Part shown: positions 24,316-38,744 of the stretch, piece after piece
How the letters are laid out: every line of letters starts with the position of its first letter
How positions within the stretch are numbered: position 1 is the first letter of the stretch
Origin: Ruditapes philippinarum
Taxonomy: Eukaryota
Direction: 5' to 3'
Length of the DNA stretch: 64,000 nt
Assembly: GCF_026571515.1 (NCBI RefSeq)
Contig: NW_026854344.1
Span: 310,001-374,000 of the forward strand
Position numbers and translations under genes: made by a program
Notes under the pieces: generated by a model
What the model was told of the DNA's origin: nothing
What the model saw: only the letters and a program-made list of their open reading frames with translations
Databases searched by the model: none

Positions 24316-25666
24316 AAAAAGGAAGGGAAATACAATTTTTACAAGGCAAAGAAGAAAATTAAGAATTATTTCTTCTGAAACTTTATCCTTGATTAAAAAG
24401 AATTATGATTTTGAAACAAATTGATAAAAATAATATAGTGAGGGTCACTCTTACTGTTTGGAAAACAAATGCACTACATGTATTCCCATAAATGTCTTTA
24501 ATGTATGTAACAGTTGTCTGGGAGTTTTTCAGTCATGTATCTAATACAAGATAAATTTGAAGAGATTTGCCCTTGAACTCACCACCAGTCTTTACTATCA
24601 TGCTGTGATAACATTTTCATGAAACTAAAATATTACATGAATATTTAATGTGACCTGGAAAATGATGCATAATAGAGATTTTGTAGAACTCCTGGGCAGA
24701 TGTGGAGGTGGGGTGGATGTCTTGAAAGCCTCGTATCCCTTATGACGATTGTAACACTGACGTTAAACCATCTAGCATTTTTTCCGATTGTCTCTAAGAG
24801 TTTGATAGTAATTTATGAAGCATCATTAACATTTCGCAAAGTTACAGTAAAAAAATCGATCCCTAAGGTCTTTCTCCACCAGTAAACCTGGAAAGTTGCC
24901 ATATGACTTACAGTGTGGGCATAACTTAAAACCCAACCCAACTGGAAAAAAGATAATTAAATCATCAGAAGTGGGATCACTGCACCAGCTAGGATTTTAA
25001 CATTCAACTATATTGTGTACAAACAGGGATTTCTTTAACATCTTAACCTAGATGTTTGAAATTCTGATCTTATGAATAGAAGAATTTATCTCCTTGCACT
25101 TTTTCAATTACAATAACTATAGTTGGGGAAGATAGCACAGAATAGTTTAAAGGTAGATGGATAGACACCTAGACATGGAGAACTAATTGAGAAAAATGAG
25201 ACTGTACTGAACTGTATAACCTCAATGGTAAATTGTCTAACATGTTACATCTGATATCATTCTTGTTAAGCAGCAGTAGCATTTGTTGTCAATTTATACT
25301 TTGGGTGGTCAGAAATAAAAATGCAACAAAAATTTGAAAAATCTCTTTTGTAACTGTAGTGTGAAAGTTGAGTGTTACAGATCCTGAGGTGATAAACATT
25401 TTTCAGTAAGATGTAATGGAGTCAAGTGAAAGACTACAGAATATTAAATCAAGACTGATAAATGAGTGTAGAATACCTCTCTCTAGAGTAACCTGTGTAT
25501 GCCTGTGTTTGTATATAATGAACTTGTGTATTTGCTCTGTCTTGTATATTCAGACAACTAGTTGCTTCAGTAACTGTTAAACATCCTGTTGCTAGACATC
25601 TAGATGCTTAATAAACTTATTTGACATCTTGTTGATCATCTGCTACTGTCTAGAAGTTTGTTACTC

Positions 25667-25955
25667 AAGCCATCCGGTTAGCTCAATAGGTACATGGTTG
25701 GACTGTGATACAAGCGACCTGGGTTCTATTCCTGGACGGCGCAGGTCACTTTTGTTGAGATTAATCATTAAATCTTTTCATTTCGCACTGTATCACTCCT
25801 CAGGTATGTACAGAAGTTTCAGTACCTTGTGAAAGTGAAGGCAACTAGTACTGGTAAAATGCTTCACAGCCTGCAGTGGCTGAACTGTGCTCTGGTAAAT
25901 TCAATTTTGCTAACTGCCGTGATCCAGAGTGAAAATTACCAACACCAGTACCACC
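25667..25955 (+). mobile_element. tRNA-derived SINE with (ACC)n-like tail inside a degenerate minisatellite
   Basis: A box (ttagctcaatagg) and B box (gggttctattcc); TSD aag(t/c)ttgttactc at 25654-25666 and 25956-25968. Confidence 0.78.
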
Positions 25956-25959
25956 AAGC

Positions 25960-26340
25960 TTGTTACTCCAGTAACAAGGCATCTTGTTGCTTCTTCAACT
26001 TAGAAATCTTGTTGCTCCATCAGCTGTTTAGATATCATGTTGCTCCATCAACTGTTTAGACATCATGTTTCTCCAACTGTTAAGGCATCTTGTTGCTCCA
26101 TCAGCTGTCTAGACATTTTGTGGCTTAATCAATTACTGTTCAGACATCTTGTTGTTCCATGAACAGATTCAAATAATCTTGTTGCTCCATCAAGCTTTTA
26201 GACATCTTGTTGCTCCTTGAACAGATTAATAATCTTGTTGCTTCATCAAGCTTTTAGACATCTTGTTGCTAGACAACAACTCCAGCAAGAGATTTGATAT
26301 CCTGTTGCTCAGACACCTGTTGCTAGACATTTTGTTTCTA
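25960..26340. repeat. Degenerate ~28-bp minisatellite (gacatcttgttgctccatcagctgttta); also at 25550-25660
   Basis: Recurring atcttgttgct core. Confidence 0.75.
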
Positions 26341-28155
26341 CAGCAGTATCTCAAAAAAAATTTACCTAACATTTTAAGTAGTAATATTTCATCTTTACAA
26401 TGACATTTAACTTAAAATAAATTTAGGTGTTTCAACCATTCTTATAAGAGTCTGTTAAACATTGAAATACCTGCATGCAGATGGTGTCTACAAAATATGA
26501 AATTGAAATTTATTGCAATGTTTTTGCAGTGTTAGCTCTCTTGTAAGTTATTTTGTTTTTTTTGTAAACTTGACACAGTTGTTATGGTTTCCGATTTTAT
26601 GACACTGAAATAGATTTTTGATACAGATGTAAGATTGTTTAAAAAGTTAGAATGGTTAAAGTACACCAGCCGTGTGGTTTTACATAAAAGGCAGGTAAAA
26701 AAAATTAAATTATAAGATAGTGTAAACAAAATAGGTGGATATTTAACGCTTTGTTAAATCAGCTTTGTTTTTAATAATGACTTGATCATGTTGGATACTG
26801 ATGTTATTAGGTAAACTGTATTACTTTAATAGTGTGTTTTTATCTTGTGTTTATATCCACATTTTTAGATAAAAAATGCAAAATTATGGTGTTTATTTTT
26901 TATAGAAACAGATTATTAATGTCAACTATACATGTATATTACATGACATGTAAAACAAAACTTTGATTATACAAAAAATGTTCATTATTTTGATGCTAGA
27001 TTTCAGGCAACTTATTGAATTGTGTTGATTTTTCTTAAACTTTATTTTGATGGCAGAATTTAACTTCAGGCAAATTGACCATGTTGACATATTTCAAGCA
27101 CTAACTTAATGTAGTTATTTGATGGCAGAATTTTATTTCAGATAATCCATGTCTTAAATTTTATAGCCCATTTCTGGCAATTTTGTGTCTTAAATAGTAA
27201 TACGTTAATTTCAGGCAAATTGATTTCTTTATCTTAATGACATTTAGAAGTATCTGTATAGCTTTATGATGTTGATAAATTACTCTACAGGCAGGATTAT
27301 AACAGAGTTTACTGTAAAATTTTTTTTTAAGGCAATGGTGTGCCTGAAGTTTGAAGTTTCTGTAAGTTTATTTCAGGCAACTTGAAGGTTATATTCGTTT
27401 ATCTAAGACAATTTGAAGTCATTGTTAAGTTATTCAAACCACTAAGAGTTTATAAAGTTTATACAAGTTAACTTCAAGTTTGATGTTCCTTCAAACTTTA
27501 AAGTTTATGTTAGTTGTTTTCAGTATCCTGAAGTTTATACTTTGATGGTGGAATGGCAATTTGAAAAGTTTTATTAAATTATAGATTTCTTGGTTTTTCT
27601 AAGACATTTTGAAGTCATTGTTTATTTATTCAGCCCACTAAGAGTTTGTAAAGTTTATACAAGTTAAATTTAAGTTTGATGTTCCTTCATTTCTAGCAAC
27701 TTAAAGTTTATGTTTATGTCTGGTGTTTTTAGTATAAAGGTAAGTCTATACTTAGATGGGGGAAATGCAATTGTTAGTATTACTAAATGATAGATTGCTC
27801 AGAAGAACATTAGAGGAATTACAGAAATGATAGCTCAAAAATATGATATGCAAATATTCAAGTTAATTTAGCATGGCAAAATATGCAACATAGCAAGATA
27901 AACAACACTGCAAAATATGTTACTGTAACAAAACAAATCTTAAAAATTGATAGGTCTAGTTCATGGATGATGTTGTCGTGTTGTCAATGAGTGTTTTTAA
28001 ACAAAGCTAATTACGGATTCTTTAAGTGAAGTCAGTTAAATTTATTTGATACAGTAGCATAGATTAAATCACTGTCAGCAAGTATCAGATTCCATCTAAA
28101 TAAGTTAACAATATTTTCAGTTTGCATTTATTTTCATCACAGATGATATATGAAA

Positions 28156-28340
28156 GGGGAGCAGTATCCTTAGCGGTTAAGATGTCTGCCTCTCAACCCA
28201 GGGATCATCGGGTTCAAGCCCTAACCGGGCCATGACCATGTTCCTTCATATGCACCAGTACTGGTTAGTTCCAGGAAGCAGACTCAATAGTGATTAATAA
28301 GTTTAAAGAACTTGTTTTGCATTGAGCTTAAATAATAATG
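28156..28340 (+). mobile_element. tRNA-derived SINE (family C; reverse copy at ~39600-39722)
   Basis: tagcggttaagatgtctgcctctcaacccaggga...gggttcaagccc head; accagtactggttagttccagga body. Confidence 0.72.
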
Positions 28341-30519
28341 TAGTTATAAGTTAAAGAACTTGTTTTACAATCAAGCTAAAATAATTCTGTTGATATTACA
28401 AAGTTCTGCTGAGTTATTTCCACTTCATACAGAGTATATAAATGACAACATATTCTTCCGTTTTTATCCTTTCATTTTAAGAGTATATACTTTATATTCA
28501 TTATCTCTGAAAATCATATAAAATTCATGAGGTAAAATATACAGAGAATCCAGTAAAAGTGGCAAGTGTACTTCTGTTTGACATGAGTGATTGTCACATG
28601 AATGAAGAGTATGATATATAAGCCCCTACCACCTGTTCTGCCATATGCTCAAATTGTAATTGAATATGTGGTATTTATAAAATAGTACTAATGTCTTACC
28701 TATATTGAAATTAAGTATTGTGATTGACAGATTAGGTTGGCAGATGTAATTAATTGAATACTGCATCATTTCTTAAAGGTACATTATACCTCAGAAATAA
28801 ATATTTTTTTTATTTCTTTAGAAAGGGCAAACATGAATTTTATAATGTTTAAGTAACGATTTTAGAGCATGTTAGATGCTTGTTTCCTGAAGTAGTGATA
28901 CATTTATGTGAAATAATTTGTCATAAAAGTAGCAAAATATAAACAAAGTGGTATTTTGACTTTCATATATAATATTACTTTAGTAAATGTCAAAAAGCAA
29001 CAGAAGAAAAGATGATTCAGGTAATTAGCCAATGAGTAACTTTTGGCAAAAATATAAAAGTACATCAAAAATAAAAAAACTTGAGAAATAAAAATAAAGC
29101 CATTTCTGGGGCATATTGGGTCTTTAATGTAGTAGGTATACTCTTTGAAAGATTTAAATCTTAACCTACTGAATTTCTTAAACAGCTTTATCAAGCTTTG
29201 ACCATCTTCAATTTTTGGATGTCATGGTAACAAATTTAAGTTGGTCAGGCAACAGTATAATGAGCCTGGTCAGACTTGCATTAAAGGCTCAAGGAGGTAA
29301 GGGTTATATCCCTTTTTCAGAAGGAATCACCCTTTTTCCAGATTTTGTTCTTAACAATAATTCTAGGTGTCAAGTGCTGGGTGGCAGCAAGAGTTGCCCC
29401 ATACTTCAGTGTTGTTATATTTTTCTGGTTCTTCAGGATCATTAATTTCAGCATGTTAATATTGAAGATTGCATACTACTTAAACTGGTGCTAGAGGGCA
29501 TGAAAGATATTGCACTTTTACATTATCTCTGATGAACAGACTTGATCAAACCTTAAGTCTTCAATTTTCATATAATGTGGTTGGGATCTACCTGGTTTCC
29601 AGATTTGTATAATGTACTTATAATGCAGGTGGTGTAGTCATGGCCTGGTACTCATATATGATGGATGATTTTAATGTTGAGATATATTCTAGTTTTCAAC
29701 TATCATTGCAATGCAATTACTCATCATTCACCAGATGTAAATATCTTTTTCATGACAATAATTGTTACTTCTCTAGAGAGAGAGAGCGCTTGATTAAAAT
29801 AATTGTTGCATGCTGAGATGTGGGGAGATGTTTTGCACTTTTTTTTCCCATAAATTTTTAATACAGTAAATCTTATGCTGAAGACCACATCTGAATTGCA
29901 GCTTTAAATATATAATAAATTCTGTTGCTAATGAATACACATTTCACATTCCATTTTGGTGAACAGTCATGCAAGACAATTCTTACACATATTCTGCAGA
30001 CGGCTACAGAATCTAAGGTCTTAACAAGTAAGGTCAAGGTCACAGTTTAACTCTCTAAGATGAAATGAATAAATATCATACCAAAAGTTTATCATTTTAT
30101 GTATTTTATGAAACTTGGACAGTACTCTCAGTGCTTTGATTTTTAAACAGAGGAATGCTGAGTATCCTAATTTGTAAGTGTAGAATAAACTTGAATCTTT
30201 AATTAAAACACTGAGAGCATCCTGGGCCTTTAAAGATGAGGACATTGACAGGGTAGCGCTTGTTTGTTTAATGATAGCAGAACCAGGAGATTGCTCATGA
30301 ATTAGAAATTTTAATTGTATGAAAATTGTGACAGTAAGTACTTGAATATAGAGGTACTGATTATGAATATATGTACTGATTAAACATTAAGTTTATAGTG
30401 CCAAGATAGCAAAACTAGTAACTTAATCATAAGAGTTATTATAATAAGAAAATTCAATAGACAACATAAATGTGATAGTTTAGGCAGTGTAAATGCAGTT
30501 GCTTGGGCAACATTTATGA

Positions 30520-31710
30520 GGTAAATCAGGCAACACAACCTTTATGTGGTAAATCAGGCAAGACAACTTTAATGTGGTAGATCAGGCAACACAATGTGAA
30601 TGTGGTAGATCAGGCATTGTATTGTTATTGTGGAAGATCAGGCATTGTATTGTTAATGTGGTTGATAAGGCAACACAACATGAATGTGGTGGATCAGGCA
30701 ACACAATGTGAATGTGGTAGATCAGGCATTGTATTGTTATTGTGGAAGATCAGACAATGTATTGCTATTGTGGTTGATAAGGCAACACAATGTAAATGTG
30801 GTAGATCAGGCAACACAACATGAATGTGGTAGATCAGGCAACACAATGTAAATGTGGTAGTTCAGACATTCCTCACCGCTGTGGGTTGGAATCCTGACAG
30901 GGTCTTTGGATTCTTTCATGTGAGGAAGCTATCCAGCTAGCTTATGGAACGTCAGTGGTTCTACTAGGGTGTCCGTTCGTGCCTGAAATAATGCACGGAG
31001 GGGCGCCTGAGGTCGTTCTCCACCAGTAAAGCTGGAACTTCGCCAAATGACCTATACTGTGTCAGTGTGACATAAAACCCAATAAAAAAAAAATGGATCA
31101 GACATTGTATTGTTTATGTGGTTGATAAGGCAACACAACATGAATGTGGTAGATCAGGCAACATAATGTAAATGTGGTATATCAGGCATCCTATTGTTAA
31201 TGTGGTAGATCAAACAACACAATGTGAATGTGGAAGATCAGGCAACATAATGTAAATGTGGTAGATCAGGCGACATAATGTAAATGTGGTATATCAGGCA
31301 TCCTATTGTTAATGTGGTAGATCAGACAACACAATGTTAATGTGGTAGATCAGGCAACACAATGTGAATGTGGAAGATCAGGCGACATAATGTAAATGTG
31401 GTATATCAGGCATCATATCGTTGATGTGGTAGATCAGACATTGTATTGTTAATGTGGTTGATAAGGCAACACAACATGTATGTGGTAAATCAAGCAATGC
31501 ATCCTTAATGCGGTAGGTCACACAACTCTTAATGTGGTAGATCAGGCAACGCAAGGTTAATGTGTTAGATCAAACAAGCATCGTTAATCTTGTAGATTAG
31601 CCAATGCAATATTAATCTGGTGGATCAGACAACACAACATGAATGTGGAAGATCAGGCAACACAATGTTAGTGTGGTAGATCAGGCAATGCAAGGGTGAT
31701 GTGGTAGATT
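30520..31710. repeat. 28-bp minisatellite (AATGTGGTAGATCAGGCAACACAATGTG) interrupted by a SINE
   Basis: Direct periodicity on both sides of the insertion. Confidence 0.93.
30871..31093 (+). mobile_element. SINE family A, 5'-truncated, A-tailed
   Basis: B box gggttggaatcc, family A body; tcagacatt duplicated at 30862-30870 and 31098-31106. Confidence 0.85.
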
Positions 31711-34390
31711 TCACACCATATTATGGTGTTGTCATACTGAAAAGATTGAACTTTTGTAGAAAAATAAGATAATGGTTATTTTATGAAAATGATCAAAAAT
31801 AAAAACTATATATTAACATTTATTTGAACTTAGAATATGTTAAAAGAAACATTGTAAGCAAACAAATCTTTAAAGAAGGTGGGTGTCACTGACCTCCATT
31901 GCTCATTTGTTCTTCATGCTAATTTTATGTCCACATCAATGTGGTCAATTTTCATATATCATACATAAGCTGATCTGTTGCCTAGAAAATAAATGTTATA
32001 GTTTAGATCTTGTTTTTGCTTATACTTCATAACACATTAATCTGGTTTAGTAGAACACGTCTGTCTGTAGATGAAAGGGAACTGAGAGAGGCTGAGATAT
32101 ATTAGTTAAGTACCATTCAGCACATTTTCTCTTTAACCCTTACCATTCTATATATCTTATCTTTCAATCTGGACAAGACCATTCATCATTTTTAGGGAAA
32201 AATTCAAAATCTGTATGGACTGAATAGTGAGCAGTGCAGACCATGATTTCATGGCCCAACTGATCACATTGGAAGATTCTGTAGCTGTCAGCAAGCTAAA
32301 GAAAGAGCTCAACTTTCTTAAAAAATTGAAGTGACATTTGACTGGTTTTGGAAGTAGCGGCAATATGGTTAATCGGCAATTTGGTTAACCGGCAATATGG
32401 CTTAATTTCGTGGATTGACCAGAATCCACAAAGAAAACTTACAGAAAGTAGTGCTCAACAAAAAATGATATTTTTGCTGTAGATGTTTGAATTCTTGTGT
32501 AATTAACTTCCCTTGTTTGTAAGTTTATATTATCTCTCATTTCTAAGCTTAAAAATCTTTAAGTAATTATTCTTTAATATATATTTTCATGCAGCAACTT
32601 CATCAAAGCATCTTTCAGTGATTAAACATGTTCTTAACTTGAGTCATAACATTTCAATCAAGCAAGTAGTATGCATATATACATGTATTTATATAGATTC
32701 ACTTGATTTCCATTGAAAGAAATACAGTTCAACAGTGAATCAGTGATTGACCTGGCTAAATGTAAACAAAATATAAACAAAGAAATCTCTGATGAAGAAA
32801 TAGCCCTCAAGTATCCTGCACATATACATTGCCTTGAATATTCTAATGATTGAAGTATGCTAAACTTTCTAGTTTGGGAGAAATTGCTTATCTTAAGCCT
32901 GGTTCACTGAAAATTCTGATGTATAAAAACTTTTTCCAGCCGAGATAAAAAATTTCTCAGAGAGAAATCTAATGTGAAATAACTGAGTGGCAAGAATTTT
33001 TCCTAGTCTGATTTATTGTGCAGTGGAATTTATAGGGTTGGAGTTTAACTTTGAACTGGGAAATAAATTGAATAAAAATAAGTGAGTATTTTCATTTTGG
33101 ACTAATAGTGAAGGTAATGATATTGAAGTGTAATTAAAGCAGGAATCTGAAATTAGTTTATGATAATAATATGGATTTTAAAAACAATTTTAATCATCAT
33201 TATAGTTTATGTAAAGTGTTACTAATTTAAGAACCTGATGCTAATTTTAGAACGTGAATTGATCATTATTTAATTTTAATGGTTATAGATTTGTGAACTT
33301 TTTCAGAAGCTTGGATAAGGCTCAACATAACAGGTTATGGAAATTAATTAATTGATATAAGGAGAAGTAAAATAGCTTTATTGAAACTTTAAGATTTTTT
33401 ATTTGAAATTGTCTGTTATGTGAATCATTTGCAATGTTTGTGTAGTTAGGAGAACTTCCTTTATGTCAGACTTTGTTTTGTAAGTTTTTGTGTGTGTTTT
33501 ATTTACTTTCATTCAGTCAAGAATAGATTTTAATTGAAAATTTCTTCCTTGAAATAAAAGGTTACCATGTATTCCATATTTATTTTTGTCATTTTCAGCT
33601 TCATTTTTCAAAGAAAAAAATCGAGCTATTGTTTTGACCATCTATTTGGCATTGCTTAACCTTTTGCGAAGGTGCATTTTTCCAGAAACTATAAAAGATA
33701 TTCAATTCCAACATGGTATAATTGTTCACTATAATAACTGTTAGAACATCCTTGGCTAAAAGGGATTAAGGGCCGAAAAGTTGTGATTGCGCTTTCACAA
33801 AATCTGAATGCATTCCATAAAATGTGTCATGCTTCAGCGTGGACGCCAATGAATGTTATATCATAAGGGCAGATAATCCTTAAATACTTTTTTGTAAAGT
33901 TATGCCCCTTTTACTTAGATTTTTCCCCTTTTGTTAAAATCCATTTCTCATTTCAACTACCAAAGTTAAGGTATTCAATTTAAACTTGGAATATTTAATT
34001 GGATTGCATTTCTGAGGTCAATAGAGGCCTATGTAATATTTTCTTCAAGGTACATTTTTGCAAAGATATTCACCTTGAACCTAATAATACCTTTTCATAT
34101 CTAAGAAACAATAAAAAATATTTATTCTAAACTTTAAATACTTGTTTACTAAAAAAATGTTGTATTCTTTTAATCTGTCAAAGATATTTACCTTGAACTT
34201 GAAAATTTGTTCACTATAAAGGGCAGGGAAGGCTCTCAAAACACTGGCAGAATTTATTTTAATACACAGCTCTGTCAAAACTGTCCATATACTATATGTT
34301 GTGCATCTGTGAAGCCAAAAATTTCTCTTACTAGCTAAACATATTCTGCTAAAGGAACACCTTTGAGACATTTGTGAAAGTTTTTTGGTA

Positions 34391-36760
34391 AAATAGTGGT
34401 CAAAGATCACTGATGAAATAGTGGTAGAAGATCACTGATAAAATAGTAGTAGAAGATCACTTATGAAATAATGGTACCAGATAATGTAAAAGATCACTGA
34501 TGAAATAGTGGTACAAGATCAGTGATGAAATAGTGATAGAAGATCACTAATGAAATACTAGTAGAAGATCACTGATGAAATAGTGGTAGATCACTGTTGA
34601 AGTAGTGGTAGGAAATAACTAATAAAATCGTGGCAGGAGATCACTGATAAAATAGTGATAGAGGATCACTGATAATAATGGTAGAAGATCACTGATGAAA
34701 TAGTGGTAGAAGATCGCTGATAATAATGGTAGAAGGTCTCTGATGAAATAATGGCAAGAGATCACTGGTGAAATAGTGGTAGAAGATAACTGATAATAAT
34801 GGTAGATGATCTCTGATGAAATAGTGGTAGAAGATTACTGATAGAATAGTGGTAGAAGATCACTGATGAAATAGTGGTAGAAGATCACTGATGAAATAGT
34901 GGTAGAAGATCACTGATGAAATACTGGTAGAAGATCACTTATGAAATAGTGGTAGATCACTGATGAAATAGTGGTAGAAGATCACTGATGAAATAGTGGT
35001 AGAAGATCACTGATGAAATAGTGGTAGAAGATCACTGATGAAATACTGGTAGAAGATCACAGATGAAATAGTGGTAGAAGATCACTGATGAAATGATGGT
35101 AGAAGATCACTGATGAAATAGTGGTAGTAGATCACTGATGAAATAGTTGTAGAAGATCACTGATGAAATACTGGTAGAAGATCACTGATGAAATACTGGT
35201 AGAAGATCACTGATAAAATAGTGGTAGAAGATCACTGATGAAATAGCAGCAGAAGATCGCTGATGAAATAGTGGCAGTAGATCACTGATGAAATAGTGGT
35301 AGAAGATCACTGATGAAATAGTGGTAGAAGATCACTGATGAAATAGTGGTAGAAGATCACTGATGAAATGATGGTAGAAGATCACTGATGAAATAGTGGT
35401 AGTAGATCACTGATGAAATAGTGTAGTAGATCACTGATGAAATAGTGGTAGAAGATCACTGATGAAATAGTGTAGAGATCACTGATGAAAATAGTGGTAG
35501 AAGATCACTGATGAAATAGCAGCAGAAGATCGCTGATGAAATAGTGGCAGTAGATCACTGATGAAATAGTGGTAGAAGATCACTGATGAAAATAGTGGTA
35601 GTAGATCACTGATGAAATAGTGGTAGTAGATCACTGATGAAATAGTGGTAGAAGATCACTGATGAAATACTGGTAGTAGATCACTGATGAAATAGTATCA
35701 GTAGATCACTGATGAAATAGTGGTAGAAGATCACTGATGAAATAGTGGTAGGATATCACTGATGAAATAGTGTCAGTAGATCACTGATGAAATAGTGGTA
35801 GTAGATCACTGATGAAATAGTGTCAGTAGATCACTGATGAAAAAGTGGTAGAAGATCACTGATGAAATACTGGTAGTAAATCACTGATGAAATAGTGTCA
35901 GTAGATCACTGATGAAATAGCGGCAGAAGATCACTGATGAAATAGTGGTAGAATATCACTGATGAAATAGTGGTAGGATATCACTGATGAAATAGTGGTA
36001 GAAGATCACTGATGAAATAGTGGTAGGATATCACTGATGAAATAGTGGTAGAATATCACTGATGAAATAGTATCAGTAGATCACTGATGAAATAGTGGTA
36101 GAAGATCACTGATGAAATAGTGGTAGGATATCACTGATGAAATAGTGTCAGTAGATCACTGATGAAATAGTGGTAGTAGATCACTGATGAAATAGTGGTA
36201 GTAGATCACTGATGATATGTGGAAGTAGATCACTGATGAAATAGAGTCAGAAGATCACTGATGAAACAGTGGTAGGATATCACTGATGAAACAGTGGTAG
36301 AAGATCACTGATGAAATACTGGTAGAAGATCACTGATGAAATACTGGTAGATAATTGATGAAATAGTGGTAGTTAAAAATCACTGATGGAATAGAGGTAG
36401 AAGATCACTGATGAAAAAGTGGTAGTAAATCACTGATGAAATAGTGGTAGGATATCACTGATGAAACAGTGGTAGAAGATCACTGATGAAATACTGGTAG
36501 AAGATCACTGATGAAATACTGGTAGATAATTGATGAAATAGTGGTAGTTAAAAATCACTGATGGAATAGTGTCAGTAGATCACTGATGAAATAGTGGTAG
36601 TAGATGATCACTGATGAAATAGCGGTAGAATATCACTGATGAAAAAGTGGTAGAATATTACTGATGAAATAGTGGTAGGAAATCTGATGAAATAGTGGTA
36701 GAAGATCACTGATGGAATAGTGTTAAAAGATCACTGATGAAATAGTGGTACAGGATCACT
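34391..36760. repeat. 25-bp minisatellite (GATCACTGATGAAATAGTGGTAGAA), ~95 units; diverged A-rich continuation to ~37170
   Basis: Direct periodicity. Confidence 0.97.
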
Positions 36761-37278
36761 AAGATCATGTACAGAAACTTGTAAATAGATCACTAATACA
36801 AGTATCTGAGATCGCAAGTAAAAATTGATAGGCTAAAAATGCAAGATATATTTGTAAAGGATCACTGGTAAAACAATCACTTATCAAAACTGGTCAATAG
36901 ATAACAAGTCAAAACAGTTAAATGATCAATAGTAAAAACTGGTTTAAAGATCACTAGTAAAAACTGTAAAATGACCACTAGTAAGAACTGGTAAAAAAAT
37001 CACTATTTATCATTAGTAATAACCGATAAAAAGATCACTAGTCAAAACTGGTAAAAAGATCAATTGTCAAAACTAGTAAAAGGATCTCTAGTCATAACTA
37101 GTTAAAAGATCACAAGTCAAAACTAGTAAAAGATCATAAGTCAAAACTGGTGTAAAGATCACTTGCAAAAACTATAATTATTTCGTTTGAAATTACTGGT
37201 CTATATAAACATACTTACATGTGATAAAAATTACGTTTTCATCTTTTACAGGTAGTTCTTCATTTCGAACCAGACACA

Positions 37279-37343
37279 ATGAGTTCAATGTCTCTAGAAG
37301 AAAGGCGGGCGGAGCGACGTCGTCGAAGACAGATGGAAGAAGA
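37279..37343 (+). CDS. Host gene coding exon 1 (exon starts 37252): MSSMSLEERRAERRRRRQMEE; caldesmon-like R/E-rich protein
   Basis: Acceptor ttttcatcttttacag, ACAATG start, GA|GTAAGT donor in phase 2; GC-rich island in AT-rich DNA. Confidence 0.85.
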
Positions 37344-38406
37344 GTAAGTCTACTTTAATTTACATGTAGAACCCTGCCATGTTTAATTTAGAGGGTGATA
37401 TTTACAAATGTAAGAAAAAATATACAGTAGCTTAAAACAGTGGGGCTCCTTTAATATCTCTCTATTATTAAATATCGACAGAATTAAATATTGACAGAAT
37501 TAAATTTAAAGTAGGACATATTCATTATACATGTGAAGGTGTTGAAGGGTGAATTAGGATATCAATGTAAATGTTTGGCATGATGGAGTAAGTACTGACT
37601 GTTACTTTAAGCCCCAAACATTCTATCTTGAAATAACACTTTTATGTAACATATTCCTAGAATACAACATTTATATTGGCAGCTAATTGCTAATTGGGAC
37701 TAAAAACTTAAGTTTTGCAACTTTACCTTGCAATTTTTATAACAAACTCTTTAATATAATGTTTTTTCCTTAAATGTTTACTATTTCACACAATATTTAC
37801 AGTAATCGTAAATCAGTAAATTGTTTGTGGGCGAAATCCTTAACTAATTTAAATTCATATTTTAGAAATGTTATATGGTTGGTCTGTTGTTGTAAAACTG
37901 TAATAACATTGTTGAAATTTTTTAGTGCAATTAAATCTTTTACTAATTTTTGTGCATGCTTTTAATTTAAAATAACCTTACACTGTGATAAGAAGAATGT
38001 CTTTTTATTCTTTTTCCTTTCCTTTATAATAACATGTTTTGATATGATATTATCTGATGAAGTTAAGATGTTGCATGTATCTTATTAAGACATCAGTCCT
38101 CAAACTTTGTAAGAATATATACAAGGCGTATAATTATGAGGCCGTAAAAAATGGCTGCTTAACAGTAGAAAAATTCTTTAAAATTATGCAGTTTTCCCTG
38201 TATATTCAATTAAATCCAAGTTTTTTCTTTCTCTTTTGTAAAAATACCTTTTAAATTACCAAATTTAAGAGATTAGTGGCCCTGCCTGAAGAAAATCGGA
38301 TTAGATACACATTTGGCAGAGTTATGACCCTTCACTCACTTCAAACTAGTATATATTGATGTTAAAACAATTATGTATGTTTCATATTGCAAAAAGTACA
38401 TAGGAC

Positions 38407-38744
38407 ATAGAGGATATTGAATGAGTGTAAGTTCAATACTAAATTTATTGCACGAGTTGAATAAAATAATAATATGCGAGCCTCTGGCGAGTATAATATT
38501 ATTTTATTCAACGAGTGCAATAAATTCAGTAATGAACTTACACGATTTTAATGTTCTATTTATCACATACCCAAAATAAAGACCGTTTCAAGTGATTCAT
38601 TGACGCGCCTATAGTATAACGCTAACATTTAGCGCGTCTTTACACTATGATTGTATAACGCTAATGACGTCACGTCAAAATATATGCACGGCCGTGCAAT
38701 ACCATATTAACGGAGTCGCAAAATCGGCACGGGTGTGTGATAAA
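38407..38744. mobile_element. Palindromic non-autonomous element without a clear TSD
   Basis: ~70-bp-arm hairpin 38411-38557 centred on TCT 38483-38485; second IR tttatcacatacc / gggtgtgtgataaa; interrupts a ~40-bp tandem repeat. Confidence 0.75.
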
